64,000 nucleotides of DNA from Nitrospiraceae bacterium (GTDB taxonomy: Bacteria > Nitrospirota > Nitrospiria > Nitrospirales > Nitrospiraceae). A program made the translations under genes and the position numbers. Shown one piece after another: positions 27,238-35,756 of this stretch. The DNA lies in NCBI GenBank assembly GCA_013140715.1, contig JABFSG010000023.1:9202-73201 (forward strand), in the 5' to 3' direction. The notes under the pieces are model-generated. The model saw nothing but the letters and a program-made list of their open reading frames with translations. It did no database searches and was not told the origin of the DNA. Within the stretch, counting starts at the first letter, position 1. Each line of letters starts with the position of its first letter.

Positions 27238-27957
27238 TTATCCAGCTCTCTTGTCTGCCCTGCCTATATGAATGAAACAGATTGGATCGCCTACCAGTGC
27301 GGTTGGATAGCTGCGCTTTCCAACTCGATAGGGGACTCGATGCCGATGGCACCATTCTGCAATCCATAGAACCTCTTCGGTGGTAGTCGTCACGAGGCCA
27401 GGCCTTGCGAGCTTTCCCATGCAATGTGCCACCAACGCACGTACGATGCGACGTTCTTTCTCAAACTTCAGTGGGTCGAGAGTGAGAGGGTTGCTTTGTC
27501 CATAAGAGAGAGGCGACAGGTGGGGGAACCGCTCAGGATCGTTCAACACACTGACGATCCAGAGATGATCGAATCGGCCCTTTGCGCTGGCTGCATCGGC
27601 GAAACGGAATGTGAGTGGGATCGAGTGGCAGGCAGAGTTGAGGGCTGCAACTTCGGCTCTCCGAAGATTATAGGGTTCCACCGTCCGGCCAATCTCTACC
27701 GTTTCCATAATCAATGTCGGAAGCTCTGCGACTCCGGCACCGACATAGAGACTGCGTCCGCCTCGTCCTAGTTTCCTCTTCAACGCAACTGCGACCCGAC
27801 TCCCGAGACGATCACAGGGACCTCGCTTCGCTTGCCAGAACTCATCGCCACCTTCATAACAGTAAACCGGTCCCAGCGCTTCATAGTCGAGACGGCCATA
27901 CACCTCGGTGACAAGACGCCTGGTCACGGGTGTCAGTTTTGTACGGCTCCCTTTCAT
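27238..27957 (-). CDS. hypothetical protein (239 aa), translationally coupled to the upstream M28 peptidase gene
   Basis: 4-nt overlap with 27954..28826. LYVGAGVAELP faintly resembles a SAM-methyltransferase motif I. No confident family. Confidence 0.6.
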   Translation of the reverse strand: MKGSRTKLTPVTRRLVTEVYGRLDYEALGPVYCYEGGDEFWQAKRGPCDRLGSRVAVALKRKLGRGGRSLYVGAGVAELPTLIMETVEIGRTVEPYNLRRAEVAALNSACHSIPLTFRFADAASAKGRFDHLWIVSVLNDPERFPHLSPLSYGQSNPLTLDPLKFEKERRIVRALVAHCMGKLARPGLVTTTTEEVLWIAEWCHRHRVPYRVGKRSYPTALVGDPICFIHIGRADKRAG

Positions 27958-28826
27958 GGCCGTACTCCAGCGATCTGAATCGCGGTAGCAGTTACTGTCG
28001 CCACAACGTTGGAAAGAAACTCGAGATTCAAAGTATCCACGGTATCGGTCTCGCGATGGTAATGGGGATTCCTGAAATTCGCCGTATCGGTCAACACCAC
28101 AGCTGGATAGCCCGTATCCCAGAACGAGGCATGGTCGCTGCGCCTGGTATGGGGTATGGCTTCCCCTTGCCCTGGCACGACCAACGATAGAGTCTTCAGT
28201 GAGGCAGCATGCCGTTGGGCTTCCTGTTCAAGCCGATTCACCAAAGGCTGGGATGCCTCGTTGCCCACAATGGCAAGAAAGTCTCCCTGCGTCGGCACAG
28301 AGACGGGTACGCCTGGTGGAGCCTGCTGCGTTCCTGCAGCGCTCTTGGCGAACCCGACACATTCTAGAATAATTGCGCCGACCAACTCACGGCCTTCGGC
28401 TTTCAGGCGGGAAGCGAATGCTTGACTCCCCAGTCGATCCTGCTCTTCAAGGGTGAATGCCACGAGCCAGACTGGTCGCGCGAGAGGCTGCGCGCGGAGC
28501 CGAGAAGCTACTTCGAGGAGGACCACTAGGCCACTCGCATTATCATCCGCGCCAGGTGATCCGGAGACCGTGTCGTAGTGGGCTCCGACCAGGAGCGGGG
28601 GTAGTTCTGTTCCTTGTCCAGGCCAGTTTGGGTACTTGATTGCTACGACATTACGATAGACCTTGCCCCAGGCGTTCATGAGTTGGTCGCCGGTAGTCCA
28701 CCCAGATTTGGCAAACTGCGTTGTCAGATAGTGTGCTGCCTTCCGAAGCGCACGGGGGCTCGTCTCAGGGTGGCGCTCGCCGACGAGGGCTTGAAAATGG
28801 CGGTTGATTCGAAATTGCTGGTTCAC
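27954..28826 (-). CDS. M28-family metallopeptidase
   Basis: VGAHYDTVSGSPGADDNASGLVVLLEVA and EEQDRLGS metal-ligand motifs. Confidence 0.85.
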   Translation of the reverse strand: MNQQFRINRHFQALVGERHPETSPRALRKAAHYLTTQFAKSGWTTGDQLMNAWGKVYRNVVAIKYPNWPGQGTELPPLLVGAHYDTVSGSPGADDNASGLVVLLEVASRLRAQPLARPVWLVAFTLEEQDRLGSQAFASRLKAEGRELVGAIILECVGFAKSAAGTQQAPPGVPVSVPTQGDFLAIVGNEASQPLVNRLEQEAQRHAASLKTLSLVVPGQGEAIPHTRRSDHASFWDTGYPAVVLTDTANFRNPHYHRETDTVDTLNLEFLSNVVATVTATAIQIAGVRP

Positions 28827-28855
28827 TACAAGAAGAGATCGAATAGATTAATCGG

Positions 28856-29752
28856 CTATGACGTAATTTCGGTTCCGATGCCTTTGCGCGTGAATACTTC
28901 GAGCAGGATAGCATGGGGAATCCGGCCGTCGATGATATGGGCTTTTCCGACGCCGCCTCCGAGGGCATCCAGGCAGGCATGGACCTTGGGCAACATCCCT
29001 TCGCTGATCGTACCTTTCTTCACCATCCGCTGCACGTCTTTGCGTGAGACCGTCGAGAGATGGCGCCCATTCGTATCGCGAATACCCTTCACGTCGGTCA
29101 TCATGACCAGTTTTTCCGCGCCCAGCGCAGCGGCCATCGCGCCGGCCACCAGATCGGCGTTAATGTTGTACGTGTTTCCCTCCCTGTTGGTGCCGATCGG
29201 TGCGATGACGGGAATATAATGATCCTGCTGAAGTTTCAGCACCAATGCGGGGTCGATGGACTGGACCTCTCCAACCAAGCCAAAATCCTCATCCCCTTCG
29301 CCGTCGGCGAGATCCTTTTCCAGGCTTGCAGCCCAGGCTTTGGCCGTGAGTGCTCGAGAGAGCATGAGCCCGCCGTCCTTCCCGCTCAAGCCGACTGCAA
29401 GGCCGCCATGGCGATTCAAGAGATCGACGATCTCCATGTTGATCTTACCGGCTAGCACCATCTCCACAATTTCCATCGTGGCCTCGTCTGTGACCCGCAC
29501 GCCATGGCGAAATTTGGCTTCGATGCCTAAGCGATCGAGCATCTTGTCGATCTGGGGTCCTCCTCCGTGCACAATGACCGGATTCAAGCCGACATATTTC
29601 AACAGCACGACATCCTGGGCGAACCGCTCCTTCAGCGGCGCATCTGTCATGGCATGACCGCCATATTTGATGACAATCGTCTTGCCCTTGAAGGTGCGGA
29701 TATAGGGCAAGGCTTCGATCAGGACGTTGGCCTTCTTAATCAGTCTGTTCAT
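28856..29752 (-). CDS. argB: acetylglutamate kinase
   Basis: TIVIKYGGHAM, VIVHGGGPQI, NINADLVAG. Confidence 0.96.
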   Translation of the reverse strand: MNRLIKKANVLIEALPYIRTFKGKTIVIKYGGHAMTDAPLKERFAQDVVLLKYVGLNPVIVHGGGPQIDKMLDRLGIEAKFRHGVRVTDEATMEIVEMVLAGKINMEIVDLLNRHGGLAVGLSGKDGGLMLSRALTAKAWAASLEKDLADGEGDEDFGLVGEVQSIDPALVLKLQQDHYIPVIAPIGTNREGNTYNINADLVAGAMAAALGAEKLVMMTDVKGIRDTNGRHLSTVSRKDVQRMVKKGTISEGMLPKVHACLDALGGGVGKAHIIDGRIPHAILLEVFTRKGIGTEITS

Positions 29753-29873
29753 GTCCTGGCTCCCATGGATACAAAAGCGCGAACGGAGGGAAACGCGGAA
29801 CGAACCGGTTTGCTATTCGCATCGGTTCCCACCTCCCGCTTGACATAGAGGGGCGTCGATAGCCCAAGGACGA

Positions 29874-30830
29874 TCATGGCTTGATGTCCTTTGCGGCACG
29901 TGTACTGGTCGGGCGACCGGCTCGTGGATGTGTCTTATCATAGACAGCCAGGAGCTGGTCTGTGGCCAGGTGTGTATACTTTTGTGTCGTACTCAACGAA
30001 GCATGCCCAAGCATCTCTTGAATCGATCGCAAATCGGCTCCTTCATCGAGAAGATGGGTGGCAAAGGAGTGCCGCAACGTATGGGGACTCACGGAACCAC
30101 CGGCGAGTCGGTTCGAATAGCGGGCCACGATGCGGGCGACACTCCGAGTCGTCAAGCGTCCCCCTCGGCTGTTCAGAAAAACCGGTGACGGGGTCCGTTT
30201 TGTCGTTGTTTTCAGATCTCGCTGCTCCATTAGAGGATGCTGATTCAGGTAGGCCTGAACGGCCTGTAGTGCCACTTCTCCGATCGGCACGATGCGCTCC
30301 TTCCGACCCTTTCCTCTCAGATGGACTAGCCCCTCGGATGCACGGAGATCTTCGCGATCGATCCCTACAAGTTCGCTCACCCGAGCTCCGGTCGAATAGA
30401 GCGTCTCCAGCAAGGCACGGTCGCGGAGTGACCCTCCTGTTTGCTCGGCAGGAAACTCCATCAGCGCCGACGCGTCGTCCTTGGTCAAGACACGCGGAAG
30501 ATGTCTCGGCTGTTTCGGCGTCCTAACGGACTCGGCAGGATTGAGGCCCGCCATACCCTCTTGTTGCAGGTAGCGAAAGAAGCTCCGCAGAGCAGCGAGC
30601 TTCCGCGCCATCGAAGTACTTTTCTCATGCTTATGGTCCAACCAGTGTAGGTAGGCCCGAACGGACTCCGTCTTCACGGCATTAGGATCGAGCGTGGACA
30701 GGCCTGGATGCTTTCCCCTCATAAAGGCCTGGAACTGTCGAAGATCTGAAGCGTAGTTGCGTATTGTCTCCTGCGATGCATGACGCTCCAGCTCAAGAAA
30801 CGTCATGAAAGCTCGAATTGCGTCATCCAT
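29874..30830 (-). CDS. xerC: site-specific tyrosine recombinase XerC/XerD
   Basis: ARVSELVGI, HTLRHSFATHLL and LGHASLSTTQKYTH motifs. It sits downstream of trmFO, as in many bacteria. Confidence 0.9.
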   Translation of the reverse strand: MDDAIRAFMTFLELERHASQETIRNYASDLRQFQAFMRGKHPGLSTLDPNAVKTESVRAYLHWLDHKHEKSTSMARKLAALRSFFRYLQQEGMAGLNPAESVRTPKQPRHLPRVLTKDDASALMEFPAEQTGGSLRDRALLETLYSTGARVSELVGIDREDLRASEGLVHLRGKGRKERIVPIGEVALQAVQAYLNQHPLMEQRDLKTTTKRTPSPVFLNSRGGRLTTRSVARIVARYSNRLAGGSVSPHTLRHSFATHLLDEGADLRSIQEMLGHASLSTTQKYTHLATDQLLAVYDKTHPRAGRPTSTRAAKDIKP

Positions 30831-32119
30831 GCCGTGAGATCCTCAATCGCCCGTTGCCCTGTGAGCCGTCGTTTGAGCTCCTTATCTCTCGTCGGTGTGG
30901 AAAGGGGAGGGAAGAGCCCGAAATTCGTATTCATCGGTTGAAAGTGGCGTGGGTCCGTGATTGTGATATAGGACAAGAGGCAGCCGTGCGCCGTAGTTGG
31001 CGGCGGCGTCACCAACGGCAATCCCGCCAGACCACGAGCTGCATTAATCCCTGCTAATCCGCCCATGGCGGCAGAATCCGTATAGCCTTCGACACCGACC
31101 AACTGCCCGGCAAAGAAGAGGGTACCGCGCGCCTTGAACTGAAGGGTATTGCGCAGCAGTTGAGGGGAATTGATAAAGGTGTTGCGATGTAGGCTGCCGT
31201 AGCGCAGGAACTCCGCCTGCTCAAGACCGGGAATCATGCGAAATACCCGCTTCTGTTCCCCGTAAGTCAATTTCGTCTGAAATCCCACAAGATTGTAACA
31301 GGATCGATGGGCATTTTCCGTACGAAGCTGTACGACCGCATAGGCTCGCACACCAGTCTTGGGATTCTCCAGTCCCACAGGTTTTAGCGGACCGAACTGC
31401 ATAGTCTGGCGGCCCCGTTCGGCCATCACTTCGATAGGGATGCAGCCTTCGAAATAGGGTGTCTTTTCAAATTCTTTGGGTTGGACTTTCTCCGCTGCGA
31501 GCAACGCATCATAGAAGGCGTTGTAGGACGGCTCGTCCATGGGACAGTTGAGATAATCGTCTCCTCCCTTGTTGTAGCGGGACGCGAGAAATACGACATC
31601 CATATTGATGGAGTCGGCGTCTACAATCGGAGAGATCGCATCGTAAAAATACAAGTGTTTCGTGTGAGTCAATTGGGCGATCGCCTGCGACAGTTTATCG
31701 GACGTCAGAGGCCCGGTCGCCAGAATGCAGAGACAGTCCGTTGGAACTTCGGTTATTTCTTCGTGCAGAATGCGAATGTTCGGATGCCCTTCCAATGCTT
31801 GGGTGATCTTGAGTGAAAATTGCTCACGATCGACGGCCAGAGCCGATCCAGCCGGGACCCGCACTTCATCTGCGATTCGAATAATGAGCGAGTTGAGGCG
31901 GCGCATTTCTTCTTTCAAGATACCGGGGGCATTCAAGATGTCCGTGGATCCGAGCGAATTCGAACAGACCAGTTCCGCCAAATTGCCGGTCTTGTGCGCT
32001 TGCGTCATCTCTTTGGGGCGCATTTCATAGAGCGTAACTTTCGCTCCACGGTTGGCCGCTTGCCACGCCGCCTCAGATCCGGCCAGCCCACCTCCGATAA
32101 TGACGATATCATTGCGCAT
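30803..32119 (-). CDS. trmFO: methylenetetrahydrofolate--tRNA-(uracil-5-)-methyltransferase TrmFO
   Basis: Chosen start MRNDIVIIGGGLAGSEAAWQAA (FAD fold). Also VCSNSLGS and GQLVGVEGY. Confidence 0.93.
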   Translation of the reverse strand: MRNDIVIIGGGLAGSEAAWQAANRGAKVTLYEMRPKEMTQAHKTGNLAELVCSNSLGSTDILNAPGILKEEMRRLNSLIIRIADEVRVPAGSALAVDREQFSLKITQALEGHPNIRILHEEITEVPTDCLCILATGPLTSDKLSQAIAQLTHTKHLYFYDAISPIVDADSINMDVVFLASRYNKGGDDYLNCPMDEPSYNAFYDALLAAEKVQPKEFEKTPYFEGCIPIEVMAERGRQTMQFGPLKPVGLENPKTGVRAYAVVQLRTENAHRSCYNLVGFQTKLTYGEQKRVFRMIPGLEQAEFLRYGSLHRNTFINSPQLLRNTLQFKARGTLFFAGQLVGVEGYTDSAAMGGLAGINAARGLAGLPLVTPPPTTAHGCLLSYITITDPRHFQPMNTNFGLFPPLSTPTRDKELKRRLTGQRAIEDLTAWMTQFELS

Positions 32120-32263
32120 GCGAGTGAAACTCCACGATGAAAGCCTGCGAGCGGGGGCATTGTAGGAACCGGGTTTTGAGGATGTCAAGACACGCGGCTG
32201 AGCCTGCCACAGGGTGCCACGGTTGATACGATTTATGCCCCCATGCTAGACTTTGCGGCATGT

Positions 32264-32338
32264 AGGCGATTAGCTCAGGGGTAGAGCGCTTCCTTCACAC
32301 GGAAGAGGCCACTGGTTCGATACCAGTATCGCCTACCA
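32264..32338 (+). tRNA. tRNA-Val (anticodon CAC)
   Basis: AGGCGAT acceptor, GCTCAGGGGTAGAGC D arm, CTTCC-TTCACAC-GGAAG anticodon arm, ACTGGTTCGATACCAGT T arm, encoded CCA. Confidence 0.93.
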
Positions 32339-32498
32339 TTTTCTCCCCTTTCCCATCCTCTGCCCCTCGCACAAACTGACGATTTCATAATGATGTCGAA
32401 ACTGTTCCGATTTCTGGACAGAATCCATTCGGTCGGCTACACTTCAGACTGTCGAATGAAGGTCGACTCTCAACTGTACTAGACTAATGAGGTCATCT

Positions 32499-32840
32499 AT
32501 GAAGACTACAACTCTTGCTCTAGGAATTCTTTTCCTGGCCACTGCAGTCGGTTGTGCCGGAAACAGCCAGCAACAGGCATTGGCTGATGCAGATGTGAGC
32601 TATGCACCTCCGGCTAGTATTTACAGTGTGATGGATCCAACATCCTTGGTCTATACCGATGTGGCGGCCGGAGCGACTCCGAGCGATAACCCCTGGCGTT
32701 GGACCGGTTTTCTCTTGCATCCTCTCGGAGTCGCATTGGACTATGGTGTAAACAGACCGATTTATAAACTTACAAGCAAGATGCCGTACCTCTTTGGGTA
32801 CACATCTGAAGATTCAATGTTGGACAGCCAGCGGCGATAG
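32499..32840 (+). CDS. small lipoprotein, function unknown
   Basis: MKTTTLALGILFLATAVGCAG lipobox. GAGG SD. Confidence 0.6.
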   Translation: MKTTTLALGILFLATAVGCAGNSQQQALADADVSYAPPASIYSVMDPTSLVYTDVAAGATPSDNPWRWTGFLLHPLGVALDYGVNRPIYKLTSKMPYLFGYTSEDSMLDSQRR

Positions 32841-32868
32841 TATTCGCAAGCACATCGCCCTCAGATCC

Positions 32869-32899
32869 AAGGCCCGCTTTCTTTGTGAGAGCGGGCCTT
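32869..32899 (+). terminator. stem-loop terminator candidate
   Basis: aaggcccgct-ttctttgtgag-agcgggcctt. It argues against the GTG at 32885 as the start of the next gene. Confidence 0.5.
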
Positions 32900-32935
32900 G
32901 CCGTATCATCCCATTGGCAAACCCTTCCACATTTC

Positions 32936-34126
32936 ATGTATGCTTTCTTCGTGAGCCAGAATTCACGTGACAGGCAAGCGCCTCGTGCTGTGCCCTTTAG
33001 TCTATGGGTGGTCTGTGGGCTAGGGCTGAGTCTTTTGCTGAATGCTTGTGGAGGTCCTGTTCCCAAACCGAACCTCCCACCATCTGAAACCGACCTGGTC
33101 CTCTTAAAGTCCACGACCCTCTGCACTTCGAAGTCCGACTTCCTCAAGACGCATGCTATTGCTACCCTCAAACCACAAGAGTGGGGCACTGGGCAAGAGT
33201 TGGTTCTCCCCGCAGACCGGAGTCCGTCGCATGGCGATGAGTCCTACTTTTTCGATGAAGATGGTACGTTGGTTGGAACTGTCTTTACCTTTTCGTCCGG
33301 GCTTGACTTGAATCCATACCCGGTCCTCCGCCGCACCCTAACGATGCTGAAGCCGGTCTTAGAGTTCTACCTCAATGTGGCAAAACTGTCCTCAAAGACG
33401 AGCATGAATTCCAGCGCTTTGTACGAGACAGGCGACGAGAAAACGACGACTCAGTACTTGGTTCTTGGGACACGTGAACAGCCCGTGTTGCTTCAAGCTT
33501 CCGTGACGATCGACCCCTATGTACGGCTGTTTTCACCCTATCGGCGAGAATTCTTGGAACGGCTGCGCCATTCGAACGGCCAGAAGTCAGGGCAATCGCT
33601 AGATAGTCAAGGAGCAGAGGACAAGGAGCCTTTCCTCTCACTCCTACAATTTGCTCGTGGCCAAACAGCGCAGCTTTCCTACTGTGGGGTCCAGAACTAT
33701 GATATTGCATCCAATGCCTATCAGAAAGCGATCGCAAGCGGCTTTACCAATAAGGTGTGGCAGGCAGAAGCTCACCACAAGCTGGGTCTGGCGTGGGAAG
33801 GGAAGGGAGAGCACGAGAAGGCCAAGGCGGAAATGCTATTATCCCTGACTATCAGACCCAACACTCCAGAAATTCTGAACAATCTTGGCGCAGTCTACGC
33901 GAAGCTGGGGGACAAGCCCAACGCACTTGCCTCATTCGAAAAAGCCGTCACGCTCCGCCCCAACTATGCCATTGCCCGCTATAACTTGGCTGAGGCATAT
34001 GAGCTCACGAATCCCAAACGGGCTCTTTCGGAGTACGAGACCTATCTCGCGCTGGTCGAAGGGATTCCCGATGAAGCAGATCGCATCGCCCTCGTCCAAC
34101 AACGAATCAAGGCGTTAAAACACTAG
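32936..34126 (+). CDS. TPR-repeat lipoprotein
   Basis: LGLSLLLNACGG lipobox. C-terminal TPR units (AEAHHKLGLAWEGKGEHEKA, ILNNLGAVYAKLGDKPNALASFEKAV, ARYNLAEAYE). Confidence 0.75.
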   Translation: MYAFFVSQNSRDRQAPRAVPFSLWVVCGLGLSLLLNACGGPVPKPNLPPSETDLVLLKSTTLCTSKSDFLKTHAIATLKPQEWGTGQELVLPADRSPSHGDESYFFDEDGTLVGTVFTFSSGLDLNPYPVLRRTLTMLKPVLEFYLNVAKLSSKTSMNSSALYETGDEKTTTQYLVLGTREQPVLLQASVTIDPYVRLFSPYRREFLERLRHSNGQKSGQSLDSQGAEDKEPFLSLLQFARGQTAQLSYCGVQNYDIASNAYQKAIASGFTNKVWQAEAHHKLGLAWEGKGEHEKAKAEMLLSLTIRPNTPEILNNLGAVYAKLGDKPNALASFEKAVTLRPNYAIARYNLAEAYELTNPKRALSEYETYLALVEGIPDEADRIALVQQRIKALKH

Positions 34127-34181
34127 TCATTTGTACAGCAGTTCTAACCGGTTCGAAGTGGAACAGCGCGGCAGGACCCGT

Positions 34182-34625
34182 TCAGCGCCGGGCTTTCTCT
34201 TCCTGCTCTTCGAGCGTCTTGCAGTTGATGCAGAGGGTGGTGACTGGGCGGGCTTTCAGTCTGGGATAGGGAATCTCTTCTTCGCAACGTTCACAGATGC
34301 CATAGATGTCCTGGTCCATTCGTTCGAGCGCTTCGTCGATCTTTTTGATCAACCGTTGCTCCCGCTCGCGGATACGCAATGTAAAGTTTTGCTCGGCTTC
34401 CGCAGACGCTTGATCGCTGACATCCGGGAATGCCGCCTGTCCGTTTGGATTGGCGAGACCCTCGACCGCCTCATCCAGCATGGCTTTACGTTGCCGCTCA
34501 AGATCACGACGAATCGCCGCATATTTATTTCCCTGGGACGCTGTCTTGGATTTTCGCTTGGCCTTGATAGGTTTTACGGCTGGTTTAGTGGGCGAAATAC
34601 GCTTGGCGGAAGGGCCTGCTTTCAT
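34182..34625 (-). CDS. DksA/TraR-family zinc-finger protein
   Basis: C-terminal GICERCEEEIPYPRLKARPVTTLCINCK (C4) preceded by a coiled coil. Confidence 0.8.
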   Translation of the reverse strand: MKAGPSAKRISPTKPAVKPIKAKRKSKTASQGNKYAAIRRDLERQRKAMLDEAVEGLANPNGQAAFPDVSDQASAEAEQNFTLRIREREQRLIKKIDEALERMDQDIYGICERCEEEIPYPRLKARPVTTLCINCKTLEEQEEKARR

Positions 34626-34730
34626 ACTGTCACCTGCGTAAAGGCAAAAGACGTCTGAGAAGTGTGAAACTATAACAGGCGATCGGCGGGGGGGTCAATG
34701 GGAAGCATGTCTGCTACAAACCCAGTCTAT

Positions 34731-34803
34731 CCAGTTCATTTGGTTTGTTTGGTTCATCTGGTCTTGTTAAACCAAACAAACGAGACAAACCAAATAAACT
34801 AGG
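34731..34803. repeat. dispersed hairpin repeat built from ACCA(G/A)A-type ~10 nt units, locus A
   Basis: ccagttcatttggtttgtttggttcatctggtcttgtt / aaccaaacaaacgagacaaaccaaataaactagg are imperfect inverted arms. The locus contains gttcatctggt, the reverse complement of ACCAGATGAAC. Confidence 0.7.
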
Positions 34804-34814
34804 TAACAGTCTTG

Positions 34815-35417
34815 TTAGAGATCTCGACGGCCTTCGATCGACTTGAGCAGCGTCACCTCGTCAGCGTACTCGATATCCATTCCGACCGGAATGCCATAGG
34901 CGATACGAGAGACCCGGGTCCCGAGAGGCTTCAGTTGGTTTGTGAGATAGATGGCGGTCGCTTCACCCTCGATTGTCGGACTCGTCGCAAGAATTACTTC
35001 TTCAATTCCCCCGAGCTTCACCCGACCGACCAGTTCTTCGGCCCTGATATCGGATGGTCCGACGCCATCCAACGGAGATAAGGCGCCAAGTAAGACATGA
35101 TACAGGCCGCGGTAGGCTCCCGCTCGCTCAATGGCATAGGTCGTACTTGGTTCTTCGACCACCAGGATTCTTGTCTGGTCCCGCTTCGGGTCAAGACAAT
35201 ATTCGCAGAGCTCACCCTCGGCGATATTCCGGCATTGCCGGCAAAACGAGAGCCCGTCTTTGACGGCGCGAATCGCTTCGGCCAGGCGAAGCGCATCTTC
35301 TCGCTCGGCCTTCAAGACATGAAAGGCCAATCGCTGCGCTGTTTTTTGACCGATGCCTGGAAGACGGACTAACTCACGCACCAGCCTTGTGAGTAGTCCT
35401 TGTTGATCAACCGCCAT
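34815..35417 (-). CDS. recR: recombination protein RecR
   Basis: LPGIGQKTAQRLAFH, CRQCRNIAEGELCEYC and a Toprim region. Confidence 0.96.
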   Translation of the reverse strand: MAVDQQGLLTRLVRELVRLPGIGQKTAQRLAFHVLKAEREDALRLAEAIRAVKDGLSFCRQCRNIAEGELCEYCLDPKRDQTRILVVEEPSTTYAIERAGAYRGLYHVLLGALSPLDGVGPSDIRAEELVGRVKLGGIEEVILATSPTIEGEATAIYLTNQLKPLGTRVSRIAYGIPVGMDIEYADEVTLLKSIEGRRDL

Positions 35418-35432
35418 GCTGTGTAAGCTCTG

Positions 35433-35756
35433 TTAGAGCAGTCCAGGGACGTTCATTCCGCCGGTGACGGATTTCATCTCTTCTGCCATCACCTCACGAG
35501 CCCTCTTGAGGGCATCGTTCGACGCGACCATGACCAAATCCTGCACCATCTCCACGTCGCCGCTTTTCACCACTTCCGGATCGATGACGATACTGACAAT
35601 TTCCATGGCCCCATTGGCGGTGACTCTTACACTGCCACCGCCGGCCGTCCCGGTCGCGGTCTTTGTCGATGCCTGTTCCTGCACCTTCGCCATTTTTGTC
35701 TGCATGGCTTGCGCTTGCTTCAGTATATTTCCCATATTGCCTAGCGGATTCTTCAT
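35433..35756 (-). CDS. ybaB: YbaB/EbfC nucleoid-associated protein
   Basis: 107 aa, NILKQAQAMQTKMAKVQEQ..., in the conserved position between dnaX and recR. Confidence 0.93.
   Translation of the reverse strand: MKNPLGNMGNILKQAQAMQTKMAKVQEQASTKTATGTAGGGSVRVTANGAMEIVSIVIDPEVVKSGDVEMVQDLVMVASNDALKRAREVMAEEMKSVTGGMNVPGLL

Noticed and set aside
29874-30830. The tyrosine recombinase as an integron integrase for the attC-like site.
   Set aside because: It overlaps trmFO in the conserved trmFO-xerC housekeeping arrangement. It shows ordinary XerC/D motifs with no sign of the extra IntI-specific insertion, and it is 6 kb from the islet.
34731-34803. The ACCAGA-unit repeats as a CRISPR array.
   Set aside because: The units are ~10 nt, degenerate and contiguous, with no unique spacers. 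They are arranged as inverted arms, and no cas genes are present in the window.
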